Part shown: piece by piece, positions 1 to 10,409 of the stretch
Position numbering within the stretch: position 1 is the stretch's first letter
How the letters are laid out: each line of letters starts with the position of its first letter
DNA from: Spirochaetota bacterium
Lineage (GTDB): Bacteria; Spirochaetota; UBA4802; UBA5550
Reading direction: 5' to 3'
Assembly (NCBI GenBank): GCA_963664815.2
Contig: CAXXHB010000003.1
Coordinates: forward strand, 2,176,001-2,240,000
Length of the DNA: 64,000 nt
Program-made: the position numbers and the translations under genes
Notes under the pieces: model-generated
What the model was told of the DNA's origin: nothing
Databases searched by the model: none
What the model saw: only the letters and a program-made list of their open reading frames with translations

Positions 1-1
1 A

Positions 2-172
2 TTATCTGCCGTTTCCCTTTATTGTGACAGGACAGGCCAATACCTTGTATTCTGTTGTCTTTTCATCATATGTTGTCGCCATTGAACTTAATGAACCACC
101 ATAATTGCACAGAACCTGATAATTTCTTAATTCTCTATGGTGTTTACACTTTTTACATTCTTCGAGCTTCAT
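2..172 (-). CDS. Small Cys-rich hypothetical protein, 56 aa (MKLEECKKCKHHRELRNYQVLCNY...VLACPVTIKGNGR); not in the ORF track
   Basis: Translated by hand: ATG at 172-170, TAA at 4-2, GGAGA RBS just upstream; CxxC plus two further Cys. Confidence 0.6.
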   Translation of the reverse strand: MKLEECKKCKHHRELRNYQVLCNYGGSLSSMATTYDEKTTEYKVLACPVTIKGNGR

Positions 173-597
173 TCACTATCTCCAAAAATTCAAATAAGAA
201 ACTATTACATAATAACAATTATGTCTCTTTATAACTGCAAGAACGAGAATTATTCCCATAATTATTGTTGTCAATAATTATATTAAATTAAATATGAAAT
301 CTGACAAAAATTGAATATACACAAATGAATTATATATATCACAATGAAAAAATTCCAGTTTTTTATTTATCAATAATTATTAAATTCATTTTAAACCTTA
401 CCGCCTGGATTATCAAGAGTATATAATCGCTCAATTTTTTACAGTATGATATATTCCGGATTTATTATTTACTCTCAATTTACGAGTTATTCTTTTATTT
501 ACAATGTGATTATAAAGCAATAAAAATTTATTAGTAAAACCGCTCACTTTTAATAAAAAATTCTGGACATCATCTTTTATGGACATTCAATAAATTC

Positions 598-1155
598 ATG
601 ATTCACAAAACAGAAAAAAAATATCCATCTGAAGATGAATGCCTGAAACTTATTGAGAAATATGAGATGCTTCCCAACATCATTGATCACTCAATTCAGG
701 TAAAAAATGTTGCTGAGGCAATATATAATAATCTTTTAGAAAAGGAAAAACTCAGCTTTGAACTTATTATTGCATCCGCGCTTCTTCACGATATTGCCAA
801 AACAAGATCAATACTGCAGAAAGAGATGCGTCATGACCTGACCGGTGGGGAGATGCTGAGAAAACTTGGTTATGATGATATAGCCGTTATTGTTGAAAAC
901 CATGTAGTTTTCACTGGATTTGAGCCTGAAAGTCCACTTTCTGAAAAAGAGATAATATTTTATGCAGATAAAAGAGTAATGCATGATAAAATTGTCAACA
1001 TTGACAAACGTGTCGAAGATCTTGTTGAAAGATATGGTAAAACTGATAAAATAAAGGAGATGATTATTCATAACAAAAAGTTTATCCTTCAGCTTGAAAA
1101 TAAAATTCAGAAACATATGAAAATGCCCATCGACATAGCCCTGGAAAATTTATGA
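598..1155 (+). CDS. HD-domain (HDIG-type) metal-dependent phosphohydrolase
   Basis: H...LLHDIAK...H...H...YADKR motif set; stop overlaps the next start (ATGA at 1152-1155). Confidence 0.85.
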   Translation: MIHKTEKKYPSEDECLKLIEKYEMLPNIIDHSIQVKNVAEAIYNNLLEKEKLSFELIIASALLHDIAKTRSILQKEMRHDLTGGEMLRKLGYDDIAVIVENHVVFTGFEPESPLSEKEIIFYADKRVMHDKIVNIDKRVEDLVERYGKTDKIKEMIIHNKKFILQLENKIQKHMKMPIDIALENL

Positions 1156-2804
1156 AGCAATACCTGATTATTGACTGTTATGTTGATGAACCGGCATGTC
1201 TTGGCGTACCACCTTTTATTTCTCCATACCCGCGTTATATATATGGCGCTCTGCTCTCTGCCGGTGTTGATCCGGAGCAGATAAAGTATATCACCATAGA
1301 CCACTTGAGATTGAGTGATTACCTGTTTACTGACAGCTATACTCATGTCTTTCTTATAGGTGGAGCTTCAGTACCAGGGAAGTATCTCGGTTCAAAAATA
1401 GGAACACTGTCTGAGATAAATAAAATTCTTGAACTGAACAGTAAAACAAACATATACGTTGGCGGACTGATTCATCGTGCTATATCATCACCACCCGGAA
1501 ATACTACATTAATCAGAAACGATATTGAAAAATATGCATTTACCCTTGCCCGCAATAATCCTGAAGATAAAACTAGAACCATGGATGAGATTGCCGACTG
1601 GGGAGTTAAAGGTGCTGAAATGACAAAACTTCATCCCTGGTATCCGGATGTAATCTGTGAAATGGAAAGCGGAAGAGGTTGCCCGAGAGAGATTCACTGC
1701 TCATTCTGTTCTGAAGGTTTATCCGGTAATGTTGAATCCAGAAAATCTGAAGATATACTGAAAGAAATAGACGCCTTGATTAATCACGGTATTTCAAGGT
1801 TCAGAATCGGCAGACAGGCGGATATAATACAGTTTGGCAGCAGACTGAATAATTATAAAAACGGATTCCCTGAACCGGAACCTTCAGCTATTAATGAACT
1901 ATTTACAGAACTTAAGCTACGAAAAGATTCAGGGAAAATAATTATACTTAATGTTGATAATGCAAATCCGGGTTCAATAGTAAACTGGCCGGATCAATCC
2001 TCGCTGATTCTTAAATCAATATCCGATGCTGTAACTCCGGGGGATACTTTACCATTTGGTATTGAGTCATTTGATGAAACCGTAGTAAAGCATAATAATC
2101 TCAAGGTTACACCGGAAGAGGCATTATTTGCAGTTAAACTTGTAAATGAAATCTGCGGTGAACGACAGGATGGTATTCCAAAGCTGCTTCCGGGTATAAA
2201 CCTTATTCATGGATTAAAGGGTGAAACAGCAGAAACATTCAGGATAAATCATCACTACCTTGAAAAAATTGTAAATGACGGTCTGCTGGTGAAAAGAATT
2301 AATATACGCAAACTCCAGCCATACCCCGGAACCACGCTTTACAACGAGAGGCATAAAACAGCCCAATCAATCACAAAGCGCTTTGAATATTTCAGGGACA
2401 GGATAAGAAATGAGATAGACCATTACATGCTGAAAAAAATATATCCTGCCGGCACAATATTAAAGAATATATTCATGCTCGATACACGTGACGGATATTC
2501 CATGGGAAAACAGATTGCCAGTTATTCAATAACAGCCAAGGTACCAGGTATATTTGAAATGAAGAGTTTCAAAGATGTGCTGGTTATGGGACACAGAGAG
2601 AGGTCACTCTCCTCTTTATCTCTCCCCTTTACAATTAACAGTACAACTGCAAAAGCCTTTGAAATGATCCCCGGTATAAGCAAAGACAAATCCTCCGGCC
2701 TTATACTTAAACGGCCATTTAAAAGCATTGATGAATTTTCAAATGAGATACAAAATGTCCAGCCCGATCTGTTAAATGTTATCATTGGTAATTCTGTAAT
2801 ATAG
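1152..2804 (+). CDS. Radical SAM protein with C-terminal helix-hairpin-helix-like region (COG1031-like)
   Basis: N-terminal DCYVDEPACLGVPPFISPYPRY signature; GRGCPREIHCSFC (Cx5Cx2C) cluster motif; C-terminal IPGI HhH-like segment. Confidence 0.8.
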   Translation: MKQYLIIDCYVDEPACLGVPPFISPYPRYIYGALLSAGVDPEQIKYITIDHLRLSDYLFTDSYTHVFLIGGASVPGKYLGSKIGTLSEINKILELNSKTNIYVGGLIHRAISSPPGNTTLIRNDIEKYAFTLARNNPEDKTRTMDEIADWGVKGAEMTKLHPWYPDVICEMESGRGCPREIHCSFCSEGLSGNVESRKSEDILKEIDALINHGISRFRIGRQADIIQFGSRLNNYKNGFPEPEPSAINELFTELKLRKDSGKIIILNVDNANPGSIVNWPDQSSLILKSISDAVTPGDTLPFGIESFDETVVKHNNLKVTPEEALFAVKLVNEICGERQDGIPKLLPGINLIHGLKGETAETFRINHHYLEKIVNDGLLVKRINIRKLQPYPGTTLYNERHKTAQSITKRFEYFRDRIRNEIDHYMLKKIYPAGTILKNIFMLDTRDGYSMGKQIASYSITAKVPGIFEMKSFKDVLVMGHRERSLSSLSLPFTINSTTAKAFEMIPGISKDKSSGLILKRPFKSIDEFSNEIQNVQPDLLNVIIGNSVI

Positions 2805-2847
2805 TTAACTCATGGCCTCAAACTGGATCACTCTGTGTTTTGTGGCA

Positions 2848-4101
2848 TTAGATGTATCCCTTCCTGACCTCCTCTGCAATAATTTCTATTCCTCTTGCAA
2901 CATTGTTTTCTCCCTGTGAATAAGTAACCCTTATACATTCATTTTTATGTATCCATTCCTCAGGAAGTCCCGGGAAAAAATATTGTCCCGGAACTATTAA
3001 AACTCCACGCTCCTTCAGCCTTTTATAAAGCGTATTACTGTCTGTTTTGATACCACGGAACCACAGCCACAGAAAAAAAGCACCCTCCGGTTTGTGTACA
3101 TAAAAATCCACACCATTGAGTTTTTCTCTGAAATAATTTAACGCCTGTTCACCTTTCCTTTGATAATGTGGCCCTATTATATTTTTACTCATCATGATTA
3201 TCTCCCCTGAAGAGACAAGAGATTCCGCTATAACGGCTCCCACACTGCCGGGTGCAAGGTTTATAACTGCATTCATCTGACTTATTGCATCTATAACTTT
3301 TTCATTCGCAATAATCATTCCCGTTCGTACGCCCGGTAACCCCAGCTTGGAGAGGCTCATACAGACAATTATATGTTCATTCCAGTAAGGTTTTGCTTCC
3401 GTGAAAATCATCCCCGGGAAGGGTGAGCCATAAGCACTGTCTATGATAAGAGGTATGTCGTGTTTTCCGGATAGAGAGACAAGCTTCTCTATTTCAAGAT
3501 CTGACAGAACATTCCCTGTCGGATTTGTCGGTCTCGAAACGCATATTGCACCGATGCTGTCGTCAATTTTAAGATTATCGAAATCTATATTATATTTGAA
3601 AATATTATCATCAAGATATTTAATTTCCGGGCGTATTGATGTAAAAATCTCGTCCGATGTAATCCCGACATCACTGTATCCTATATATTCAGGAGTCAGA
3701 GGGAGAAGGATCTTTTTAAATGAACCATCGCGGAATCTTCCTGAAAACATATTGAACAGTAAAAAAAAAGCTGACTGGCTTCCGTTTGTAAGAGCTATAT
3801 TTGAACTCCCTACATCCCACCCCAATTCTCTTCTCAGAAGAGAAGCAAGCTCTTCAATAAATTTAACATTCCCCTGCGGAGAATCATAATTCCCTACACA
3901 CTCTTCAAAGAGAGTACCTGAATCCATGACGCGTTTCATGCTATCCCTTAATATACTTTGTACCTCAGGTATATGCGCCGGATTGCCCCCTCCCAGCATA
4001 AGCATATTGCGGTTAACAGCCATGGCATGCCCAAGATCATCCATGAGACTTTTTATACCGGATGTATTGTTAACTTTATCTCCGAACATTGAGAAATTCA
4101 T
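2848..4101 (-). CDS. avtA: Valine--pyruvate transaminase (PLP-dependent, class I/II)
   Basis: MLGGGNPAHIP, IALTNGSQSAFF, SRPTNPTGN, SLSKLGLPGVRTG, HKPEGAFFLWLWF are characteristic of AvtA. Confidence 0.9.
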   Translation of the reverse strand: MNFSMFGDKVNNTSGIKSLMDDLGHAMAVNRNMLMLGGGNPAHIPEVQSILRDSMKRVMDSGTLFEECVGNYDSPQGNVKFIEELASLLRRELGWDVGSSNIALTNGSQSAFFLLFNMFSGRFRDGSFKKILLPLTPEYIGYSDVGITSDEIFTSIRPEIKYLDDNIFKYNIDFDNLKIDDSIGAICVSRPTNPTGNVLSDLEIEKLVSLSGKHDIPLIIDSAYGSPFPGMIFTEAKPYWNEHIIVCMSLSKLGLPGVRTGMIIANEKVIDAISQMNAVINLAPGSVGAVIAESLVSSGEIIMMSKNIIGPHYQRKGEQALNYFREKLNGVDFYVHKPEGAFFLWLWFRGIKTDSNTLYKRLKERGVLIVPGQYFFPGLPEEWIHKNECIRVTYSQGENNVARGIEIIAEEVRKGYI

Positions 4102-4616
4102 AATTTATACCCTCTTGCTATGAATTCCATTTCGGAACTGATGAACTGTATGTCAATATATTTAATATTAATACCAGATGTTCTCCTTCTATAAAAATTC
4201 AATGCAATAATAAATTTTAAAATATATTCCATTGAATTTTCAAAATGGTTATTGTTTTTTCCATGCTTCTGCAGATTCTTTTATTCTCTTTACCGGCATA
4301 AATGTAAAAAATCTAATGATCTATTTCGTCACTATATGCAATTGAAAATATGGACAGGATGGAAGAATCAACAACTAAACAGACAATTAAAGATAAATAA
4401 CAAAAGGTGTCATTTCCCAAGGTTAACATCCGGAAGGGAATGAAAGCATATATGAAGATGATAAACATAAAAAAGGGGAAGAAGCTGAACACGGATATTC
4501 TTTATCATTAATCAGTACTTTTTCAAATTCTTCCTGATTTCTTTATATCTTAAACAGTAGCGTCTTTTGATACACCAAGTATTTTATATGGATCTATCAT
4601 GATGGCTTAAAATCCA

Positions 4617-5054
4617 TCATACGCTCACATCTGTTTTCCAATAACCATGAATATTACAGTTTTCAACAACCGTTATTTTACCGGTTGAGTTTTTCAGATG
4701 AAAACATGCCGCAGGATATAAATTTAACGGAGTGAATATGGCTCTGCCGATATAAACGTCATTCTGATAACAGTCAATGAATGTTATAAAATGCTTTTCT
4801 TCCATCGGGTGCATCGTTTTGCCAATACGAACATTAACATCCATACAGGGTGATTCCGGGATAATGCCGCATTGTTTATTAATTGCCACTGAAGGGAGAT
4901 GTTTCACTTCAGCTTCCGGGCTTTTTTCGCTTGATTCAATGAATACCGAATCGTTTTGTTTGAATTTCTCTTTTTCCACATAGCACACAGGACATTTCTC
5001 CGGGAGATTGTTGAATTCAAGATGTCCGCATACCGTACAAATAAATATTTTCAT
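4617..5054 (-). CDS. Superoxide reductase (desulfoferrodoxin ferrous-iron domain) with N-terminal rubredoxin-like domain
   Basis: CTVCGH...CPVC N-terminus; SOR ligands EVKHLP, HPMEEKHFI, CNIHG. Confidence 0.85.
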   Translation of the reverse strand: MKIFICTVCGHLEFNNLPEKCPVCYVEKEKFKQNDSVFIESSEKSPEAEVKHLPSVAINKQCGIIPESPCMDVNVRIGKTMHPMEEKHFITFIDCYQNDVYIGRAIFTPLNLYPAACFHLKNSTGKITVVENCNIHGYWKTDVSV

Positions 5055-5097
5055 GAAAATAGGCCTCCAATAGTTTAGAATATTATATCATAAAAGT

Positions 5098-5129
5098 TTA
5101 ATATAACAAATGATATAATGTTATATTAA
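5098..5129. promoter_or_regulatory. Perfect 11-bp inverted repeat upstream of the SOR gene (candidate operator)
   Basis: TTAATATAACA-N10-TGTTATATTAA. Confidence 0.4.
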
Positions 5130-5254
5130 GTTTTAACATATACCTTATTCCCGGCAAAAGCAAATATTTTCTGGAAAGATTCAATAAACTGGATAATAGC
5201 CGTAACTCCTTTATTAAAAGAATTGCAGTATGTGAACGATATTAACGTAAAATT

Positions 5255-5350
5255 TTAAAATCTTACAATACCCCCCAGCAGAAGAAAAAATAGAGCAGCA
5301 GATATATGAACTATCCACCAGTATAAATTAAACATCTTTATTTTATTCAT
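5255..5350 (-). CDS. Small single-pass membrane peptide, 31 aa (MNKIKMFNLYWWIVHISAALFFLLLGGIVRF)
   Basis: GGAGGAG RBS; ATG overlaps the stop of the upstream gene (ATGA); one hydrophobic helix. Confidence 0.6.
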   Translation of the reverse strand: MNKIKMFNLYWWIVHISAALFFLLLGGIVRF

Positions 5351-5850
5351 AAGCTCCTCCATAACAGATGACCAATAGTATATACAATACTGATAGTTAC
5401 AAGATGAACTCCCCACCAACCGGTATTCGGATAACGGTACCATTTTACTTTATATTCTGACTTTGGATCAGCCCCGAACATTTCCAGATCAAACAGCGCC
5501 TTTCCAATGAAAAACTTTACTGCAAGAATACAGATATCTGCAAATAGTGTTTTAAATATCAGATTAGAAACTTCGAAAGGCACCGGAAAATGAGCAATAC
5601 TGGAATGGATCATAGTAACTGTACCTATTATAACAGTCATCCCGTTTATAACATAACCATAATGCACTGTTTTTCTTGTCATGAAAAGCAGTGGAATGAT
5701 AAATATGCTAATAAGACCGGATATGAGCGGTACATAAAAAAACTGCAGTCTTCCCGAATCATTGACAATAAAATGAATCGTCAATCCCCCCAGGGAACAG
5801 AGAACCAGCCCTATTATAAGCAGATTTCTTAGATTTTTTTTCCGGGTCAT
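5347..5850 (-). CDS. Hypothetical integral membrane protein (about 5 TM, several intramembrane His)
   Basis: GGAGG RBS; alternating hydrophobic segments. Confidence 0.7.
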   Translation of the reverse strand: MTRKKNLRNLLIIGLVLCSLGGLTIHFIVNDSGRLQFFYVPLISGLISIFIIPLLFMTRKTVHYGYVINGMTVIIGTVTMIHSSIAHFPVPFEVSNLIFKTLFADICILAVKFFIGKALFDLEMFGADPKSEYKVKWYRYPNTGWWGVHLVTISIVYTIGHLLWRSL

Positions 5851-5911
5851 AAAACCTCCATTTATATTATGTTATTTATAAAACGGAACTCATTTTAATA
5901 AAAACTGTAAC

Positions 5912-5927
5912 TGTGACTATAATCACC
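5912..5927. promoter_or_regulatory. CRP/FNR-family-like site
   Basis: TGTGA-ctataa-TCACC (one mismatch to TGTGA-N6-TCACA) in a divergent intergenic region. Confidence 0.3.
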
Positions 5928-6214
5928 AGATCAGATTTATCTGCATAAAGGTTAACTGATAGCTGAATAACCAGTATAAGTAAAAAAATAATTAATTTCC
6001 CGTTTTAATTATATTCTCTCCTGTTACGATATAAATATATTTCATAATCAGGTGGAAATAAAGGATTAATGATAAAAAATTCTTTTTATTATACTACCCG
6101 CAACATTTCCTGATTGAATATTTTATTCTTATGAAATAAAATATGTTCAGAGTATTATCAGACTTGAATTATGCATACGGAATCGTTTTCGATACCTGAT
6201 CAAAGGAGAATTAT

Positions 6215-6553
6215 ATGCCGGAAGTTATAATATATACAACCCGGACATGCCCTCACTGCCGGGATGCAAAGCAATACCTGAAATCAAAAGGTATCAGTTT
6301 CATAGAAAAAGATGTTTCTACCGACAGGATCTCTGCATCAGAACTTGCTTCTGCGAACATTATGGGAGTACCGGCATTTAAAATAAACGGTGAATTTATA
6401 GTCGGTTTTGACAGAAACCGTATTGAAGAGATGATAAAGCACGATGTTGTAAAATGCCCTGAATGCGGCCAGAAACTCAGGCTGCCGGCTGGTAAAGGTA
6501 AACTCAGGGCATCATGTACCGCTTGCGGACATAAATTCATTGTAACTACATAA
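6215..6553 (+). CDS. Glutaredoxin (NrdH/YruB-like) with C-terminal zinc ribbon
   Basis: CPHC active site, GVP and VGFD motifs; C-terminal CPEC...CTAC; AGGAG RBS. Confidence 0.85.
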   Translation: MPEVIIYTTRTCPHCRDAKQYLKSKGISFIEKDVSTDRISASELASANIMGVPAFKINGEFIVGFDRNRIEEMIKHDVVKCPECGQKLRLPAGKGKLRASCTACGHKFIVTT

Positions 6554-6635
6554 AAAATTTTCCGCTTTTAAAGGTAGTTTATTTTTAACCGGATACTTCC
6601 AGAAATAAAACCTCAGTCATTAAATATTTATTGTT

Positions 6636-7013
6636 TTATTCTTTTGAGGAATCTGCCAGTCCTATGATATTACCTTCACAATCAGCAACTCTTGCGTAAG
6701 ATCCGTTCGGTATCGGTTGTTTTGGAGTAATCACCCGTCCTCCTGCAGCGATTACTTTCTTTATAGTCTCGTCGATTGACTGCACCCCTATAACCAGTAT
6801 TGAGTTTTTAGCCTCATCATCTCTTTGAAACATTCCTCCGTTGATAGCCCCTTTTTCTGTAACCATATGATTTTCATCCATCTCTGCAGCATAAACCATA
6901 GTATATTCAATTTCAGGAATATCCATAAGTTTCCAGCCGAATATTTCAGAATAAAACCTGAATGCACGATCCTTTTTGTCATAGGGAATTTCGAAGTGCA
7001 CTACTCTATCCAT
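6636..7013 (-). CDS. VOC/glyoxalase family protein
   Basis: VVHFEIP...FYSEIFGW...GAINGG...AAGG...D.EGN.IGL pattern. Confidence 0.85.
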   Translation of the reverse strand: MDRVVHFEIPYDKKDRAFRFYSEIFGWKLMDIPEIEYTMVYAAEMDENHMVTEKGAINGGMFQRDDEAKNSILVIGVQSIDETIKKVIAAGGRVITPKQPIPNGSYARVADCEGNIIGLADSSKE

Positions 7014-7098
7014 TTATTCACCTCTTTTAAGTCGTTATTTCAGAAAGCATTAATTAATAATCTCAATTAACATTAATATTAATTACAAAGACATATTT

Positions 7099-7959
7099 TC
7101 AGATTCTGGTATTTATCAGAGCTTCAATCTTTTTAATATCAAATTCACGTTTATAAAGCGGTAATTTGCTATTTTTGTATATTTCAAGATTTTCTTCAAA
7201 TGTTGTCCGGTGATTGCTTTTGTATATTATACCGAGAGGAAATGGTTCCTCTTCAATGGATTTTTTAAATGCTTCAACCCTGTCAGATGGATCATAGTCA
7301 TCCGGGAGGCGGTATGTATTATTTCTGAACCATTTAAATGTATTAATCTTGTTGAATGAAACACATGGCTGAAAAATATCCACCAGGGCAAACCCCTTAT
7401 GAAGAATTGCCATCTTCATAATCTCCTTTGTATGATCAATATCTCCGCAGAAAACCCTTGCCACAAAAGTCACATCGAGAGAAACCGCAAGAGCAATCGG
7501 ATTAAGAGGTTTTTCAAATACACCGGAAACCTGTACGGGAGTTACCATCCCGGTTCTGGTTGTTGGAGCTGCCTGCCCTTTTGTAAGGCCATAAACCATA
7601 TTCTCATGAACAAGAAGAGTAATATCCGGATTTCTCCTCGTTGCATGCAGAAAGTGATTTCCCCCTTCACCATACATGTCGCCGTCGCCGCCTACAGCTA
7701 TAACTGTTAACTCCGGGTTGCATGCTTTTACAGCAGTCGCCGGAGGAAGTCCACGGCCATGCAACCCGTTAAAAAAATTTGTATTTATATATTGCGGCAT
7801 TTTAGCCGCCTGACCAATACCTGACACAAGTACAACTTTTTCTCTCGGCAGATTCAGTTCTTCAAGCGCAGCCAGAAGTGATTTTCTGATTGAAAAATCA
7901 CCACACCCTGGGCACCATGCAATATCAATCGCGTTATCAAAATCGAAATTGTTATCCAT
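7099..7959 (-). CDS. 2-oxoacid:ferredoxin oxidoreductase beta subunit (TPP-binding)
   Basis: WCPGCGD, LHGR, GGDGD, YGLTKGQ, QPCVSFN; start moved to MDNNF, immediately after the alpha stop. Confidence 0.9.
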   Translation of the reverse strand: MDNNFDFDNAIDIAWCPGCGDFSIRKSLLAALEELNLPREKVVLVSGIGQAAKMPQYINTNFFNGLHGRGLPPATAVKACNPELTVIAVGGDGDMYGEGGNHFLHATRRNPDITLLVHENMVYGLTKGQAAPTTRTGMVTPVQVSGVFEKPLNPIALAVSLDVTFVARVFCGDIDHTKEIMKMAILHKGFALVDIFQPCVSFNKINTFKWFRNNTYRLPDDYDPSDRVEAFKKSIEEEPFPLGIIYKSNHRTTFEENLEIYKNSKLPLYKREFDIKKIEALINTRI

Positions 7960-7960
7960 A

Positions 7961-9658
7961 TTATTCACCATAACAGATATGTTTTTTAATCTCTCTGCAT
8001 AATTCCTCAACAGAAAAAGGTGATCCATTATACTTTAAAATTCTTTTATCAATTGAAACCCCTGTATTAAGCAATATAAGCTGTGCAAATTGAGCTGATG
8101 AATTGTTTTCAACAATAATTATATCCGACGCCATTTTTAAATATTCCACTGTATTCCCGTGAAAAGGATAGATCCATGAGAAATGTAATACAGCTATGGT
8201 TTTATCTCCCAGATTTTCAACAGCTTCAGTAACTGTATTAAGTGTAGACCCCCAACAGATAACAAGTGTTTTATATTTTTTATCACCGTACAGACGCGGT
8301 TGAATAATATCATTCCGGATAAATCCGGCTTTTTCCCGGCGTTTATCAACCATACTTATTCGCACGCCAGCATCCTCTGTGATATAACCCCATTCATCAT
8401 GTTCATCACTGTCAACACATACATTCCCTGTTCCATAACCGGGAATCCCCCTTGGACTAATTCCCTTGTTTGTATAGGCAAACCTTTTGTAATCCCTTTC
8501 TGTTTCGACAATATATTTTTCAGGTAAAAAGACATCTGTTTCAAAGACCGGTGTATTATAACTGCTGTCTATATAAAACTGGTCTGTTAATACAAAAACA
8601 GGTACCTGGTATTTATCAGCCAGATTAAATGCTCTCCGTGTCAGATCAAAACCCTCTTCTATTGTCCCCGGTGCAAGAATGATACGCGGGAAATCACCAT
8701 GCCCGGCATAAAGAACAAGGTTCAGATCCCCCTGCTCTGTACGGGTTGGAAGGCCGGTTGCAGGCCCCGGACGCTGTGCAAGATGCATTACAAATGGAGA
8801 CTCTATCATCCCGCATAAACTTATTCCTTCGCACATAAGGGCAAATCCTCCTCCTGATGTTGTAACAAAAGCCCTTGCTCCAGCATACCATGCACCAAGC
8901 GCCATATTCACAACACCAACTTCATCCTCTACCTGTTCTGCAATTATATCGCAATTCATTGAATATGAGGCCATCTTTTCAAGAACACTTGTAGAAGGTG
9001 ACATCGGATAACCACAAACATAGTTGCATCCACCTGCCATCGCCCCCAGTGAGATTGCATCGGCTCCTGAAAGAAGAAGATTCACTTTTATATCTTCTGA
9101 TTTATAAATATCGATATTAATAAATGCCAAACGGCTCCCTGCTTCATGACCTCGTTTTATTGCTTCAGCATTCTTTCTTATTGTTTCATCATCCCTGCCT
9201 GAAAAATATCCCAGTATAAAATCCTCGCACATCATTTTATCAATCTTAAACATGCCGCATATAAAGCCTGCAGCAACAGTGTTTGTCAATACAACATTAC
9301 CGATCTCAGCTGCTATCTTTGAAAAACCTGAATCCACCATATTTTCATAATTTATATTATCTCTCTCGCCAATAACAACAGTATCAGCAGTTATTCTGTT
9401 TTTCAGATGATCAATCGCTCCTTTATGAAGAGGCATTAAAATATCTATCCTTTCAAGAAAACCCGCTACAGATTTTGATGATACCCTTATTTCTGTTGAG
9501 TTTACTCCACCTCTTACCCTTGACATAAATTCGGATGTCGAAAAAACGTTATAACCGTTTCTTTTCAGTAATAGTGTAATTATACTTTCAATGACCTGTA
9601 TCCCCTGCCCCGCTTCACCTGCCAGCACTATTGACAAATCACCGGATATATTTTTCAT
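7961..9658 (-). CDS. 2-oxoacid:ferredoxin oxidoreductase alpha subunit (with gamma-type N-terminal domain)
   Basis: [42 protein letters not shown]. Confidence 0.9.
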   Translation of the reverse strand: MKNISGDLSIVLAGEAGQGIQVIESIITLLLKRNGYNVFSTSEFMSRVRGGVNSTEIRVSSKSVAGFLERIDILMPLHKGAIDHLKNRITADTVVIGERDNINYENMVDSGFSKIAAEIGNVVLTNTVAAGFICGMFKIDKMMCEDFILGYFSGRDDETIRKNAEAIKRGHEAGSRLAFINIDIYKSEDIKVNLLLSGADAISLGAMAGGCNYVCGYPMSPSTSVLEKMASYSMNCDIIAEQVEDEVGVVNMALGAWYAGARAFVTTSGGGFALMCEGISLCGMIESPFVMHLAQRPGPATGLPTRTEQGDLNLVLYAGHGDFPRIILAPGTIEEGFDLTRRAFNLADKYQVPVFVLTDQFYIDSSYNTPVFETDVFLPEKYIVETERDYKRFAYTNKGISPRGIPGYGTGNVCVDSDEHDEWGYITEDAGVRISMVDKRREKAGFIRNDIIQPRLYGDKKYKTLVICWGSTLNTVTEAVENLGDKTIAVLHFSWIYPFHGNTVEYLKMASDIIIVENNSSAQFAQLILLNTGVSIDKRILKYNGSPFSVEELCREIKKHICYGE

Positions 9659-9859
9659 TGTATAATCCCTTAGCCTCTGTAAGTTTATTTTATTCCTTTT
9701 ATGGCAATTATTTCTTCAATCTTAAATAAAAGAATATATATCTATTCAGAAAAAACGACATTTATTTCATTTTCGTTTTATTATTCCCTTTAAAAAAATG
9801 TTTTCTCCACACTGAATGAATATATTGAAGAATAAATCTTTAACGGAGGTAAATAATAC

Positions 9860-10063
9860 ATGAGTGAAAATAAATATATTTACAGATGCGGCAAGTGCGG
9901 CAGAACCGAAAACATTGAAGGTGATAAAATCACTCCTTACTGCTGTGAACAGATAATGGTGAAAGATCCGCTGGATCAATGCACAATTCCTGATAATCCC
10001 GAGATGACAAGAAACAGCGACTCAGGAGAACCATGTGACGACGGAAGGGGTAAAGAGAATTAA
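9860..10063 (+). CDS. Small Cys-rich protein with desulforedoxin-like N-terminus
   Basis: GGAGG RBS; YRCGKCG...PYCCEQIM resembles the CxxC...CC Fe-Cys4 domain; C-terminal EPCDDGRG. Confidence 0.7.
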   Translation: MSENKYIYRCGKCGRTENIEGDKITPYCCEQIMVKDPLDQCTIPDNPEMTRNSDSGEPCDDGRGKEN

Positions 10064-10331
10064 GTTGATTTAAAAGGAGAATTATCTTCAGAAAATATTA
10101 GAAAGTCTGTCATTTATTATCAGATATCTATTTTAATGCTGAAATATTATGCAGCGACCTTATCTTAACAATAAGGCACTATCCATATATCAAGCCAATA
10201 TATTTAATATTTAAAAATACAAACATTTGTTAGTTTGTCAATAATCACGGATCTCAGCTACAATCCGGTTTTTATGATACTGTAAAATATATTTGATATT
10301 TAATAAAAACAATATTAACGGGCAGAATAAT

Positions 10332-10369
10332 AAAAAAAGTTCCGGCTTTAAACCGGAACCTGTTTTTTT
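10332..10369. terminator. Probable bidirectional intrinsic terminator
   Basis: A-run, GTTCCGG/CCGGAAC stem (10339-10345/10353-10359), T-run; lies between convergent genes. Confidence 0.65.
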
Positions 10370-10409
10370 AAAAACTTAGTTTGTTGCTTAAGAAATGAAT
10401 TATGCTTAA

